DNA of 64,000 bases from the NCBI GenBank assembly GCA_964437395.1, contig CAYTGW010000001.1, positions 4,153 to 68,152 on the forward strand, given 5' to 3'. The notes beneath the pieces were generated by a model. It had not been told where the DNA came from, searched no databases, and worked only from the letters and a program-made list of their open reading frames with translations. Each line of letters starts with the position of its first letter. Position 1 is the first letter of the stretch. Positions 17,805-26,902 of this stretch are shown one piece after another. Position numbers and translations under genes: made by a program. Source of the DNA: an uncultured Desulfocicer sp. (GTDB lineage: Bacteria; Desulfobacterota; Desulfobacteria; Desulfobacterales; SURF-7).

Positions 17805-20774
17805 TCAAATATTCTCCTGCTGCAAAGTTTCCTTAATATCAATGCTTTTAATCAATTCATATGCAATGCTGCTGCTTGTCAGGCGCATGATGCTCTCTTC
17901 AGAGTATCCGAAACTCAGCAGGTTAACACTTCCATACCAGGTTATTTTTTGATCAATGACAGCAAATTTTTGATGGATATTTGACCTGAACATGACTTGC
18001 ACTCCTGCATCTTCTAAAAGCGCAAATGTTTTTTTCAGAGTTGTTTTTTTATTTTCATTAAAATCTTCAACCGGTCTTGTCATAACTGTTATTTTTACCT
18101 GGTGTTGTAAAATCGTATTAAACTGCTGCATCATCTGCATCACCCGTTTTTGAGTGACAAAAGGGCTGACAATCAGAACCTGTTTTAATGCATTCTTTAT
18201 GTCTCCCAGGTAAACCGGAAAAAAACTGTTTTGATCAAAAATAATGTCTATTGATGCATCAGGAATATTTCCTTCTTTTGTTTTATAGCCAATAGAGGCA
18301 TAGGCTTTCAGCCTTTTTCCATACATTTTTTCAAGCATTTTTATATGGATATCAACGTAGTCGTATATCTGGACATCCCGTTTCGTCTTGAACAAGCGGT
18401 GGAGCCTTCCGGCATATTGCTGCAATGTACCTTTCCAGGCAACCGGCATGGTTAAAAACAAGGTATCAAGACGTGGTTCATCAAACCCTTCGCCAATGAA
18501 ACTGCCGGTTGCAACCAGAACAAATGGTTTATTCACAGGAGTTGAAGATATTTTCCTTAATGCTTCTGTTGTTTTTTTAATTCCCATTCCGCCGGTGAGC
18601 CTTATGATATCAGGGATTCTTTTCTTTAAGATTTCGCTCAATAATTTCACATGGGCTACTCGTCCGGTAAGAACCAGAGAATTTCTTCCCTTTTTATAGC
18701 ACTCCAACACATCATCAATGATTAACTGATTCCGGATTTCGTCTTCTATCAGCGCTGAGTATACTTCCTGAATGGATAGGTCTTTCTGGTTTTCATTGGA
18801 CCCAATTTTAAACGAAGTAAATCTTGGGACCAGATAGTGATCAAAAGGCCTTTTTTCTGCCTGTTCTTTTGAATCCACCGTAAACCTTACGGGGCCTAAA
18901 TGAAAAAAGATAATTGGATGATGCCCGTCCGGTCTGGAAGGCGTTGCCGTTAAGCCGTAAACATATTTGGCGGTTGTATTTTTAATGATTTGCTCAAAAC
19001 TGAAAGCCGGGACATGATGGCATTCATCGACGATAATCATTCCATAATTTTTTATGCAGTCTTTTAAATTTCCATCCATATGCAATGACTGCATAATGGC
19101 AACATCTACAATGGAATTTAATTGGTTTTTACCTGCACCCAACTGGCCGATTAAATTTTGCTTCTTTTTTCTGCCTCTTTTTTGGGGTGTTTCAGGGAGT
19201 ACTTCGTGAATCAAAAGGAATTCGGAGAGTTTTTCCTTCCACTGTGACAACAACTGTTGCCTATGTACCAATACAAGTGTATTTACCTTTTTAATACTGA
19301 TTAATCTAGCTCCGACAACGGTTTTTCCAAAAGCAGTTGCAGCCGACAGTACACCGTTTTCATGTTCAATCAGTGCATCAAGCGCATCCTGCTGTTCCTT
19401 TGTGAGCACACCATTGAATTCTACATTGATCGACCGCCCCTGGTTTGCTTCATCAACCCAATGCAACTTTATCTGAAATTCTTTGAACAGGTTGTTTATA
19501 TCACTTTTACACCCACGGGGCAGTGCCAGATATTCTTTAAAATCTTCAGCGCAGGAAATAACCCTTGGCTTATTATATGTGGGCATTCGCATGGCCTGGT
19601 TTTTATAAAATTCCGGATTTTGAAAAGCTGCAAATCGTTTCAGAGTATTTAATGCTTTTTGACTTAGTCCTGATTTTTTGACATACAGCATCCCGGAATT
19701 CACGATTTCAACAGTTTCGGGAAAATCCTGATGTTGTAACTTTGAGATCTTTTGTATCCAGGGCTTTTTGTCACTTGTTTCCTCATTTTTCAAAACACCC
19801 AGCTCATTTCCCTTGCAGAGCTTTGTTATTAAAGAAGCCAGCTCTTCTTCAGGTAGCTTTTGAATACCATATAAAAATCTCCACTGATCTGCATAAGGCT
19901 CAAACTCTTTATCGACAAAAAGAGTATTGTGCTTTTCCCTTGCAAATTTCTGAAGCGGCAGGGCAATCAGGTTTCCGAGTCCGCCTTTGGGCATTGTATC
20001 CTGATTGGGAAATAATCTGTCGTAGGATGTAAAGGAGATCTCATGTCTTTTCCCCATTGAATATGTCAGCAATGACGTTCCAAATTTTCTCGCTGCTGAG
20101 GCGGATAGTTTATCCTTAAAGAAAAACCAAACATGGCCGCCATTACCGGATCTGGAACGTTCAACTGCAATCGGAATTCCAAACTCAGCACATGTATCCC
20201 GTATGGCTGAAATATCTTTTTCCCAACCCTTGTTATCAAAATCAATAGCCAGAAAATAGCAGGTTTCATCAAGATTCATCGGATAAATCCCGATCACAAT
20301 ATCGCCGCGAAGGTGTTCTTCAACAACCATTTCATCCAGTTTAGAATATGATTTTTGGGTACATTTGGAACATTTAATTCTGGGTTTGTTACACACGCCG
20401 GGTGTCCACTCATTTAAGCAGACCGGGCTATATCCGGATAACCCCTTTTTGTTTTTCCATCTTTTGGCATATACATCGCATCTGCCTTTAAACAGTGACA
20501 TGAACAGCTCAATTTTATTTTCCTTTGTAGAATATTGATCAACAGTTTTTTCGTAATTGGAGTTAGTTCCTATTCGTTCTTCTTCAAGCCGATTATCAAG
20601 ATTGATTTTATCTGTTTCTCGTAATGACAATATTTGAGTTTGTGATGTTTCAGGATTGGATTGAATAAAAGATGGGGCAGCTTCTAATCCTTCTATTTTT
20701 GCTTTCAAACATCTGTTCTCTTCAAGCAGATCCTTATACTTCCTATATAATTCATCATATTCTAAGGTATTCAT
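17805..20774 (-). CDS. Fusion protein: coiled-coil N-terminus, archaeo-eukaryotic primase (AEP/Prim-Pol-like) domain, SF2 DExH helicase, and C-terminal PLD (HKD) nuclease domain
   Basis: 989 aa. AEP motifs LAIDFD, SRSGNGGHVWFFF and DRLFPNQ. Helicase motifs AFGKTVV, IIVDECHH, LTATP, ATGSFIGEGFD and QYAGRLHR. Exact HKD motif HQKFAVIDQKITWYGSVN (HxKx4Dx6GSxN). Confidence 0.8.
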   Translation of the reverse strand: MNTLEYDELYRKYKDLLEENRCLKAKIEGLEAAPSFIQSNPETSQTQILSLRETDKINLDNRLEEERIGTNSNYEKTVDQYSTKENKIELFMSLFKGRCDVYAKRWKNKKGLSGYSPVCLNEWTPGVCNKPRIKCSKCTQKSYSKLDEMVVEEHLRGDIVIGIYPMNLDETCYFLAIDFDNKGWEKDISAIRDTCAEFGIPIAVERSRSGNGGHVWFFFKDKLSASAARKFGTSLLTYSMGKRHEISFTSYDRLFPNQDTMPKGGLGNLIALPLQKFAREKHNTLFVDKEFEPYADQWRFLYGIQKLPEEELASLITKLCKGNELGVLKNEETSDKKPWIQKISKLQHQDFPETVEIVNSGMLYVKKSGLSQKALNTLKRFAAFQNPEFYKNQAMRMPTYNKPRVISCAEDFKEYLALPRGCKSDINNLFKEFQIKLHWVDEANQGRSINVEFNGVLTKEQQDALDALIEHENGVLSAATAFGKTVVGARLISIKKVNTLVLVHRQQLLSQWKEKLSEFLLIHEVLPETPQKRGRKKKQNLIGQLGAGKNQLNSIVDVAIMQSLHMDGNLKDCIKNYGMIIVDECHHVPAFSFEQIIKNTTAKYVYGLTATPSRPDGHHPIIFFHLGPVRFTVDSKEQAEKRPFDHYLVPRFTSFKIGSNENQKDLSIQEVYSALIEDEIRNQLIIDDVLECYKKGRNSLVLTGRVAHVKLLSEILKKRIPDIIRLTGGMGIKKTTEALRKISSTPVNKPFVLVATGSFIGEGFDEPRLDTLFLTMPVAWKGTLQQYAGRLHRLFKTKRDVQIYDYVDIHIKMLEKMYGKRLKAYASIGYKTKEGNIPDASIDIIFDQNSFFPVYLGDIKNALKQVLIVSPFVTQKRVMQMMQQFNTILQHQVKITVMTRPVEDFNENKKTTLKKTFALLEDAGVQVMFRSNIHQKFAVIDQKITWYGSVNLLSFGYSEESIMRLTSSSIAYELIKSIDIKETLQQENI

Positions 20775-20776
20775 AC

Positions 20777-21421
20777 CTAAACATTATATGGCAAAAGCAC
20801 ATGATATATTGTAAAATTATTTTTAGCTTTTATGTGTACAGTTTCATAACATGAACATTCTTTTTCATTCAGCATAGATGACATTTTCAATTTCACCGGG
20901 GGCTTTATTCTCAGTGAACTTTTATAAACTTCTAATGCTTTATTGATGGCAGATATAGCCTTTTTAACATCATTATCGATCACATAGCCAATCATTCCTC
21001 CACAATCACTGCCGCCGTCATACTGTCCGGAAAGAAAACAGCCCATGCCTTCTTCACCGACATATTTGCCTGCCTGACTGGAGTACTTGCCTTTATGAAC
21101 TACATTCAAACGTTTGCATTCAAATGCAAAGAATACTTTTGGACGTTTACCGTGCATAACCCGAATATCAAGCTCCCCTATTTCCGTATCTTGGCTTGCA
21201 TCAACAAGTTTGATATTTGGATCGAACCAAAAGGGTAGTTGACGATTTTCCTGGCATGATTGCAGGTGGCCAATAAAAGGTTTTGTAATCCTGTTCTCTA
21301 AAGGGTTTCGAGGTGTTCTAAGAAAGTTGTTCCATTCTTTAAAAATTTCATGAAATACCCATGGCAATAAATTTGGTGGAAAGGAATCTGCAAAATCATC
21401 AAAGGTCCCAATTATATTCAT
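20777..21421 (-). CDS. Small PD-(D/E)xK-type nuclease candidate
   Basis: 214 aa. GELDIRV followed by FAFECKRL fits the D...ExK restriction-endonuclease-fold signature. The start overlaps the methyltransferase stop (ATGA at 21418..21421). Confidence 0.5.
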   Translation of the reverse strand: MNIIGTFDDFADSFPPNLLPWVFHEIFKEWNNFLRTPRNPLENRITKPFIGHLQSCQENRQLPFWFDPNIKLVDASQDTEIGELDIRVMHGKRPKVFFAFECKRLNVVHKGKYSSQAGKYVGEEGMGCFLSGQYDGGSDCGGMIGYVIDNDVKKAISAINKALEVYKSSLRIKPPVKLKMSSMLNEKECSCYETVHIKAKNNFTIYHVLLPYNV

Positions 21422-24400
21422 ACATTCTTCTTCGGTGAGGAGATAATCAGATCAAAAAGATTCTGTGCATCATTTAGCGCAGCGGTTCGAGTCCATTTGC
21501 CAAGCATATCCGGTTTTAAAATATGAATTTTGTTGTTTTCTGCAAAAACAATTCCTCTTAAATATGAAAGGCTGCCCCGTTCACTTGATGATGCATCTGA
21601 AATCCTTTTTAAAGCATTAACCATTTCAGGACTTTCATGATTAACCGCAACGCCCTTTCTTCTGCTATTTGTTTTACAAAGAGTAATTAATACTTGACCT
21701 AACTTGTTAAACTTGGTTGATTCCGCACAGAAAAAAAAAGATGGGTGATCAGGTTGCCATGCATCCAGCATCCAGCTATTGAAAGTATTGCATATCCATT
21801 CTGAGTATTGTAAACGATCATTTTTAGTTGTTCTCTGCAAGGTCTTGATGGGTTTACCATAGCGATCGGGTGTTGCACTTTTTGCGTAAATTCCACACGT
21901 ATCCTCAATCAAGGCAATCTCTTCTTGTGTAAGCCCAAAATAGTCATACACAAGGGGTTCAAGTTCTTGAGACAGGTTTTGGGATTTTTTGTGGCGAACT
22001 TCATCAAACGTATCACCATGAAGCACAGGGGTTTTATAGTCCTGATAAAGGTCTTCTAATTCTTTTTTAAAGGCCTGTAACTTTGAAGCGATTTTTTTAA
22101 TCACCTGCTGTGCCTTTTTTTTATTCATCCCCATACTGTCAGGCGTGGGGAATGGGAGTCGTAGCAACTCATGCAGCTTTACTTCTGTTCTCTCGATTCC
22201 CCAACTGCCGGATGTATGGTACTGAAAATATGATGCCAGTCGGGACTGAGCATAAACCGAGAAAAACATAAGAAGGTCTTTGTCTTCTGTGGGACCGGAT
22301 ATTCCAGTTACTGAGTCCTGATAAAATACAAAAAAATCAGCAAATAAAAAACGGGTAAAACCTTTGTTAATTAGAACCAACGGGGGGGCAAAAATACACT
22401 TATCCGGGCTTCGGCGAAAACCTTTTAAAGAAGCATGACGTTTTGAATCTGATAATTTCGGATCTTTATATCTTGTTGTTTCAAGCTTATTTTGAAGTGT
22501 TATGCAGTCATTTGATAAAATAATAAATTTTGCATTTTGGTCCGTTGCCTCAATAAATAGATCATTAAGTTTGCCGGGTATTGGTTTGGGATCGCCATAT
22601 GTTGAAGGATTCAGTTCATATCCAGCTTTATACCAAATTTGAAATCCCTTACCTTTTTTCCAGCTTTTATCTGACTTCGGTTTCCCGGCTAATTGGTCAA
22701 GGGTTGGTAGATTTTGTAGATAATGAATCAATCTCCAATCACGAGGAGTGCCTGAATAACGACTTTTCCATAAAGCCGAAGCTGTTTTTTTCTCTGCCGA
22801 ATCAATCAACTCCTTTAAAAAAATCGTTATACAATCATCGGGAGCCACTGGAATTTTACCGACCACAGGATCCTGTCCCAAATATTTGGGTACAACATAA
22901 TCAATTTCATGAACATTAATATCAGGCCTATTCGAATTAAAGCGGGTAATAAAGCATGGGCGGATTGCTTTCTCAAACAATAACCGCCGATAGTCTGCCA
23001 ACTGGATGATTTTATACACAGTGCTTCTCTTAAACCACTCTTTCTGAAAAATATCGGTTTTATTCAGCAGCACTTCAGAAGGTAGAAGCATACAGCAGTT
23101 ACCGGATTTTTTCAGATGAAGCAGCACTTTCCACATGAAGGCATGAGCGACCTGATCTGAAGGATAAAAAATACTTTTCCTATATGTCTTTTGTTTAGAG
23201 ATTTCAGGGTCGCGAAGCAAAGGATTGTGCTCCTCATCCTCTAACCACTGTATCAGAATTTTATCAGGCTTGGATGTCCTTCCTGGCCAAGGGGGGTTTC
23301 CTATAATCACATCAAAGCTACTATGTATCGGCAGATCGTGTTGAAAAAAATTTCCTTGAAATATACTGGCATCATCAATATTTTGCCACTGTTGATCAGC
23401 ATACGCGAGAAGTTTTGGCAGTATTTTTCCGTTATTATTTTGGAGCTTGTGCAGATAGCGCGGTTCAAACTGGTCCAGAAATGCAACATAAAGACTGAAA
23501 CATGTGATGCGGCATGCTGTTGGATTAATATCAATACCGTATAGATTTTCCCTTAATAACTTTGTGAGTTCTTTAATTTTAATCTTATCATCGAGTGATT
23601 TGTTGTTTTGATACCATTCATCAGCCATCCGATTGAATAATGTAACAAGAAAAATACCAGACCCGCATGATGGATCTAAAAATGATTTATCCAACAATGT
23701 TGATGTCTGTAAATTTGAGACCGCTTCGTCAACGACCATTTCAGCCAAATGACGCGGTGTATAAAATGCACCTTTGGATCTTTTATCTTCCGGATTTTCG
23801 ATACCAAGCAGCGCTTCATATATTGCACTGATTGTTTCAACAGGTATAATAGAAAAGTCATAGGCCCAAAAGCCCAGCACCATTTGACTTGAATCAGTTT
23901 CCTGACCTTGTAGAAATTTTCGTAAAAGAATAAAATCACTGTTCTTCAGCATTGAGAGTTCAGACTGAAAGTCATCTTCAAACATGCTTCCATTAAAATC
24001 TTCTTTTAATGATGAAAAAAGAATATTCAAGCATTTACGAATTTCTGATTTTGAATTCAGCTCGAATAATTCTAGCAGGGATTTAATTTTTAGTTCAGAA
24101 AGAAGGTTGTAATCATCAAGAATAATTATTCCTCGATCGATCAGATAGCAGGTAAATATAAGACGTCCCAAAAAGGAGTTTATTTTTCTTCTATACGCAA
24201 CAGTGTTTTCATGAGCTAAACGATCACTTAATTTGGTCAACTGATGAATTAAATAATGATCAACGGTATCTCTTGGGTGGAATTTTTCCGGCCGGGAACG
24301 ATAGTATTCTCCGGTTGTTATTTGTTCGAACAATTTATAGTTTTCAAGTGTATCAGCAACTCTTGTCAGTTTCTCCACAAAAGCGTCATGTTCTTCAATA

Positions 24401-24741
24401 GGACTTTCAATCTCGTTATTTGGCTTAATCATACCTGAAAAAATATAGAGCATGTGTGGATCTTGGAGAATAAGAATCGTTGCTGTGGATTGGTTCCAGA
24501 ATTTTTTATGCAAATCGTTTACTTGAGAACGGTTAATGGAGGATTCAAAGTTTTTTAAATATACAGATGGTTTCCCATCTATACAAAAAATGCCATCAAG
24601 CCCCATTGATTGAAAAGCTCTTCGCATGTGATGGGCTTGACCAAAATTCGCATATTGATTTACATCTTCTACAGAGCTGAAATATTCATTTTCAGGTACA
24701 GATTGCAGACCGAAAGTTTTAGCTGATTTTACTCGGCTCAT
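21418..24741 (-). CDS. Large N6-adenine DNA methyltransferase (gamma-class, Eco57I/MmeI/PglX-like architecture)
   Basis: 1107 aa. SAM motif I LDPSCGSGIFLV precedes motif IV VIIGNPPWPG. The upstream helical segment FLGRLIFTCYLIDRGII resembles the one in type IIG/IIL and BREX methyltransferases. There is a long C-terminal region that may be the target-recognition domain. Confidence 0.85.
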   Translation of the reverse strand: MSRVKSAKTFGLQSVPENEYFSSVEDVNQYANFGQAHHMRRAFQSMGLDGIFCIDGKPSVYLKNFESSINRSQVNDLHKKFWNQSTATILILQDPHMLYIFSGMIKPNNEIESPIEEHDAFVEKLTRVADTLENYKLFEQITTGEYYRSRPEKFHPRDTVDHYLIHQLTKLSDRLAHENTVAYRRKINSFLGRLIFTCYLIDRGIIILDDYNLLSELKIKSLLELFELNSKSEIRKCLNILFSSLKEDFNGSMFEDDFQSELSMLKNSDFILLRKFLQGQETDSSQMVLGFWAYDFSIIPVETISAIYEALLGIENPEDKRSKGAFYTPRHLAEMVVDEAVSNLQTSTLLDKSFLDPSCGSGIFLVTLFNRMADEWYQNNKSLDDKIKIKELTKLLRENLYGIDINPTACRITCFSLYVAFLDQFEPRYLHKLQNNNGKILPKLLAYADQQWQNIDDASIFQGNFFQHDLPIHSSFDVIIGNPPWPGRTSKPDKILIQWLEDEEHNPLLRDPEISKQKTYRKSIFYPSDQVAHAFMWKVLLHLKKSGNCCMLLPSEVLLNKTDIFQKEWFKRSTVYKIIQLADYRRLLFEKAIRPCFITRFNSNRPDINVHEIDYVVPKYLGQDPVVGKIPVAPDDCITIFLKELIDSAEKKTASALWKSRYSGTPRDWRLIHYLQNLPTLDQLAGKPKSDKSWKKGKGFQIWYKAGYELNPSTYGDPKPIPGKLNDLFIEATDQNAKFIILSNDCITLQNKLETTRYKDPKLSDSKRHASLKGFRRSPDKCIFAPPLVLINKGFTRFLFADFFVFYQDSVTGISGPTEDKDLLMFFSVYAQSRLASYFQYHTSGSWGIERTEVKLHELLRLPFPTPDSMGMNKKKAQQVIKKIASKLQAFKKELEDLYQDYKTPVLHGDTFDEVRHKKSQNLSQELEPLVYDYFGLTQEEIALIEDTCGIYAKSATPDRYGKPIKTLQRTTKNDRLQYSEWICNTFNSWMLDAWQPDHPSFFFCAESTKFNKLGQVLITLCKTNSRRKGVAVNHESPEMVNALKRISDASSSERGSLSYLRGIVFAENNKIHILKPDMLGKWTRTAALNDAQNLFDLIISSPKKNV

Positions 24742-25379
24742 ATAGTAATCTTTTTTGTTAGTAGTCCAGACAATTTGCCCGCGATTTTAATTCGACAGTG
24801 GTCGGACTCTGGTATCACAATATCAGGGAAATCGAAATTTTCACTTTTTAATGAAACATGATCTGTATATCTAAAAAATCTTTTCAAGGTTGCTTCGTCT
24901 TCTATAATGACAGCAGCGATTTCTCCATTTTCAACAGAGCTTTGATGTCTGATAATTGCTATATCACCAATATTGATGCCTATATTTTTCATGCTGTCGC
25001 CTGTGACATGTAAAGCAAAATACTCCCCCGGGTCAAAAAAACCGGCTGGTACATTCAGCGTTTCCACGCCGGTTTGATTGGCTAATATAGGTACTCCTGC
25101 TGCAATATTCCCAATAATAGGAATTTGATTGTGGGATGATACTGGTTCAGATATGGCATCAGTAATTGATTTAAGTACCTGAATTCCACGTGATTTGCCA
25201 GGATATATTCTGATATAACCTTTTTTTTCAATCAGGCGAAGATGACTTTTAACAGCATTAATACTTTTATAGTGGAAGTTGACCGCCATATCTTCCAAGG
25301 TTGGTGGCATTCTCTCTATGGATAGATATTTGATAATGTATGAAAGAATTTTATTTTGAGTTAGCGTTAAGTCTTCCAT
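24738..25379 (-). CDS. lexA: LexA repressor (winged-helix DNA-binding domain plus S24 autopeptidase)
   Basis: Collinear with E. coli LexA: LT..Q..IL..I, MPPTLEDMA and SRGI in the N-domain; the Ala-Gly cleavage site in NIAAGVPILA; the GDSM serine and TLKRF lysine. I chose the start at the ATG at 25379 (M35 of the track ORF) because an SOS box occupies the upstream extension. The stop overlaps the methyltransferase start (ATGA at 24738..24741). Confidence 0.85.
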   Translation of the reverse strand: MEDLTLTQNKILSYIIKYLSIERMPPTLEDMAVNFHYKSINAVKSHLRLIEKKGYIRIYPGKSRGIQVLKSITDAISEPVSSHNQIPIIGNIAAGVPILANQTGVETLNVPAGFFDPGEYFALHVTGDSMKNIGINIGDIAIIRHQSSVENGEIAAVIIEDEATLKRFFRYTDHVSLKSENFDFPDIVIPESDHCRIKIAGKLSGLLTKKITI

Positions 25380-25390
25380 GGGGAAATCCA

Positions 25391-25410
25391 TACTGTAATT
25401 ATTTTCAGTA
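25391..25410 (-). promoter_or_regulatory. SOS box (LexA operator), gammaproteobacterial type CTG-N10-CAG, within the candidate lexA promoter
   Basis: TACTGTAATTATTTTCAGTA has perfect palindromic ends TACTG/CAGTA. On the minus strand it fills the spacer between a candidate -35 TTGCAT (25410..25415) and -10 TATGGA (25387..25392). Confidence 0.65.
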
Positions 25411-25497
25411 TGCAACAAAAAAATGTTATGAAGATAATTCACTATATTTTTAATGTTCAGTAGTCTATCAGGTATTGACAAGCGAAAAAAACTATGA

Positions 25498-25513
25498 TCA
25501 TTTGAACAAATGA
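25498..25513 (+). promoter_or_regulatory. Palindrome TCATTTG-AA-CAAATGA overlapping the TetR start codon (candidate TetR operator)
   Basis: Perfect 7-bp inverted repeat with a 2-nt spacer. The ATG of the TetR gene (25510) lies inside the right arm. Confidence 0.3.
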
Positions 25514-26118
25514 GTCAAACGTTCAAAAATTCAAAAAATGGCAAGGAAATAAAATTGCAGGAGATCCTTCAGGTCGCCCTGAAGATTTTTGCCCGGTATG
25601 GGTATAAGAAAACCACGATTGAAGATATTGCGCAGGAAATGGGAATGACCAAGAGCAATATCTATTTTTATGTGGCCAACAAGAAAGATCTGTATGAAAA
25701 AACCGTTGGGAATGAACTGATCCGCTGGAGGGACACCGTTGGCCGTGAGATTGAACAGGTGGAGGATATCGCCGAAAAATTCAGGATCATGGTATCCCGG
25801 GCTTTTGAATACCTGTTCTCTCACAAAGATCTTCATGCAGTTGTCGTGAATGATCCAGGAATTTTTACTCTGTCAAAGGAGCAAGACCGTTTTCTGGAAA
25901 TCAATCTTGGCGCCATGCAGTTGATCCGGGTTGTGTTGCAGCAGGGCGTGAGTCAGGGGCGGTTTTATCCGGTTGACATTGATGTGACTACCGAGTTCCT
26001 GTTTTCGATCTATATCATGTTCCTGATTAAAACATCGGTTACATCTGAAATTCAGTCTGTCTCCCGGATGGTTGAGGCAGGAACAGAACTGATTTTACGA
26101 GGATTGTGTGCCACTTGA
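25510..26118 (+). CDS. TetR/AcrR-family transcriptional regulator
   Basis: 202 aa with the N-terminal HTH ILQVALKIFARYGYKKTTIEDIAQEMGMTKSNIYFYVANKKDLY. Confidence 0.85.
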   Translation: MSQTFKNSKNGKEIKLQEILQVALKIFARYGYKKTTIEDIAQEMGMTKSNIYFYVANKKDLYEKTVGNELIRWRDTVGREIEQVEDIAEKFRIMVSRAFEYLFSHKDLHAVVVNDPGIFTLSKEQDRFLEINLGAMQLIRVVLQQGVSQGRFYPVDIDVTTEFLFSIYIMFLIKTSVTSEIQSVSRMVEAGTELILRGLCAT

Positions 26119-26224
26119 TATTGCAAAAAAGAAGATGCGGAAAATCTCAACCCTTTGCAATGTCAGGTTTATATCTGATAGGTGTGGCAGTCATAATAAC
26201 ATCAACGATCAGGAGGAATGAATC

Positions 26225-26878
26225 ATGACAGAAGCAAGCATTCGTGCACTCAACGGGCTGCGGGATCTTTCCATGCTCAAGTGGTATGTTATCTCATTAC
26301 TGGCAATTGTTTTTTACATCTATACCTCTGAAATGAAAAAAGCCAGGGAGACCGGTAACTGGAACGCGATCCTGGCAGGACTCACGGTTTTTGGAATGGA
26401 TTTTGTGAATGAAACCTGGAACGGTTGGGTATTTCATTTAACCGGACGATCCGCCTTCTGGACCACTCCGGGAGACACGGCCCTTCGCACCATGATCGGC
26501 TGGAACATCGAGATCATGTTCATGTTCGCAATCTCCGGCATCATTTACTACAACACCATTTCCGAGGACAGAGAGGAAAAAGTCCTGGGAGTTCCGAACT
26601 GGTGGTTCTGGGCAATCGGTTACTCTGTTTTCTGTGTTTTTGTGGAATGTGTGCTGAATTACGGCGGCCATCTGGTGTGGGAATATCCTTTCTGGAATCG
26701 AACCTTTGCCGGTGTGTGGCTGATTTTCCTGTTTGGCTATTTACATTTTTACGTGGCTGCGTTATTGGTGGTCGGTATGAAGACCTATAAAAATAAAATC
26801 ATTACGATCAGTTGCATATATCTGATCGCCATTGTCGGCAATATCCTGGGGCTGGGTGTGTTTGGCTGGACTTATTAG
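26225..26878 (+). CDS. Integral membrane protein, function unknown
   Basis: 217 aa, 5-6 hydrophobic segments, AGGAGG RBS 8 nt upstream. Confidence 0.55.
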   Translation: MTEASIRALNGLRDLSMLKWYVISLLAIVFYIYTSEMKKARETGNWNAILAGLTVFGMDFVNETWNGWVFHLTGRSAFWTTPGDTALRTMIGWNIEIMFMFAISGIIYYNTISEDREEKVLGVPNWWFWAIGYSVFCVFVECVLNYGGHLVWEYPFWNRTFAGVWLIFLFGYLHFYVAALLVVGMKTYKNKIITISCIYLIAIVGNILGLGVFGWTY

Positions 26879-26902
26879 ACTGGAAATCAGGAGGAAGATG
26901 AT

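Noticed and set aside
25380-25481. The 34-codon N-terminal extension of the lexA ORF given in the ORF track (start at 25481).
   Set aside because: The extension has no counterpart in LexA proteins. It is AT-rich, contains the SOS box and candidate promoter, and the LexA homology begins right after the ATG at 25379.
25474-25497. TTGACA at 25474..25479 as a -35 for the TetR gene.
   Set aside because: The best -10-like hexamer (TATGAT) is only 12 nt away. With 17-nt spacing the hexamer is TCATTT. This is too weak to report.
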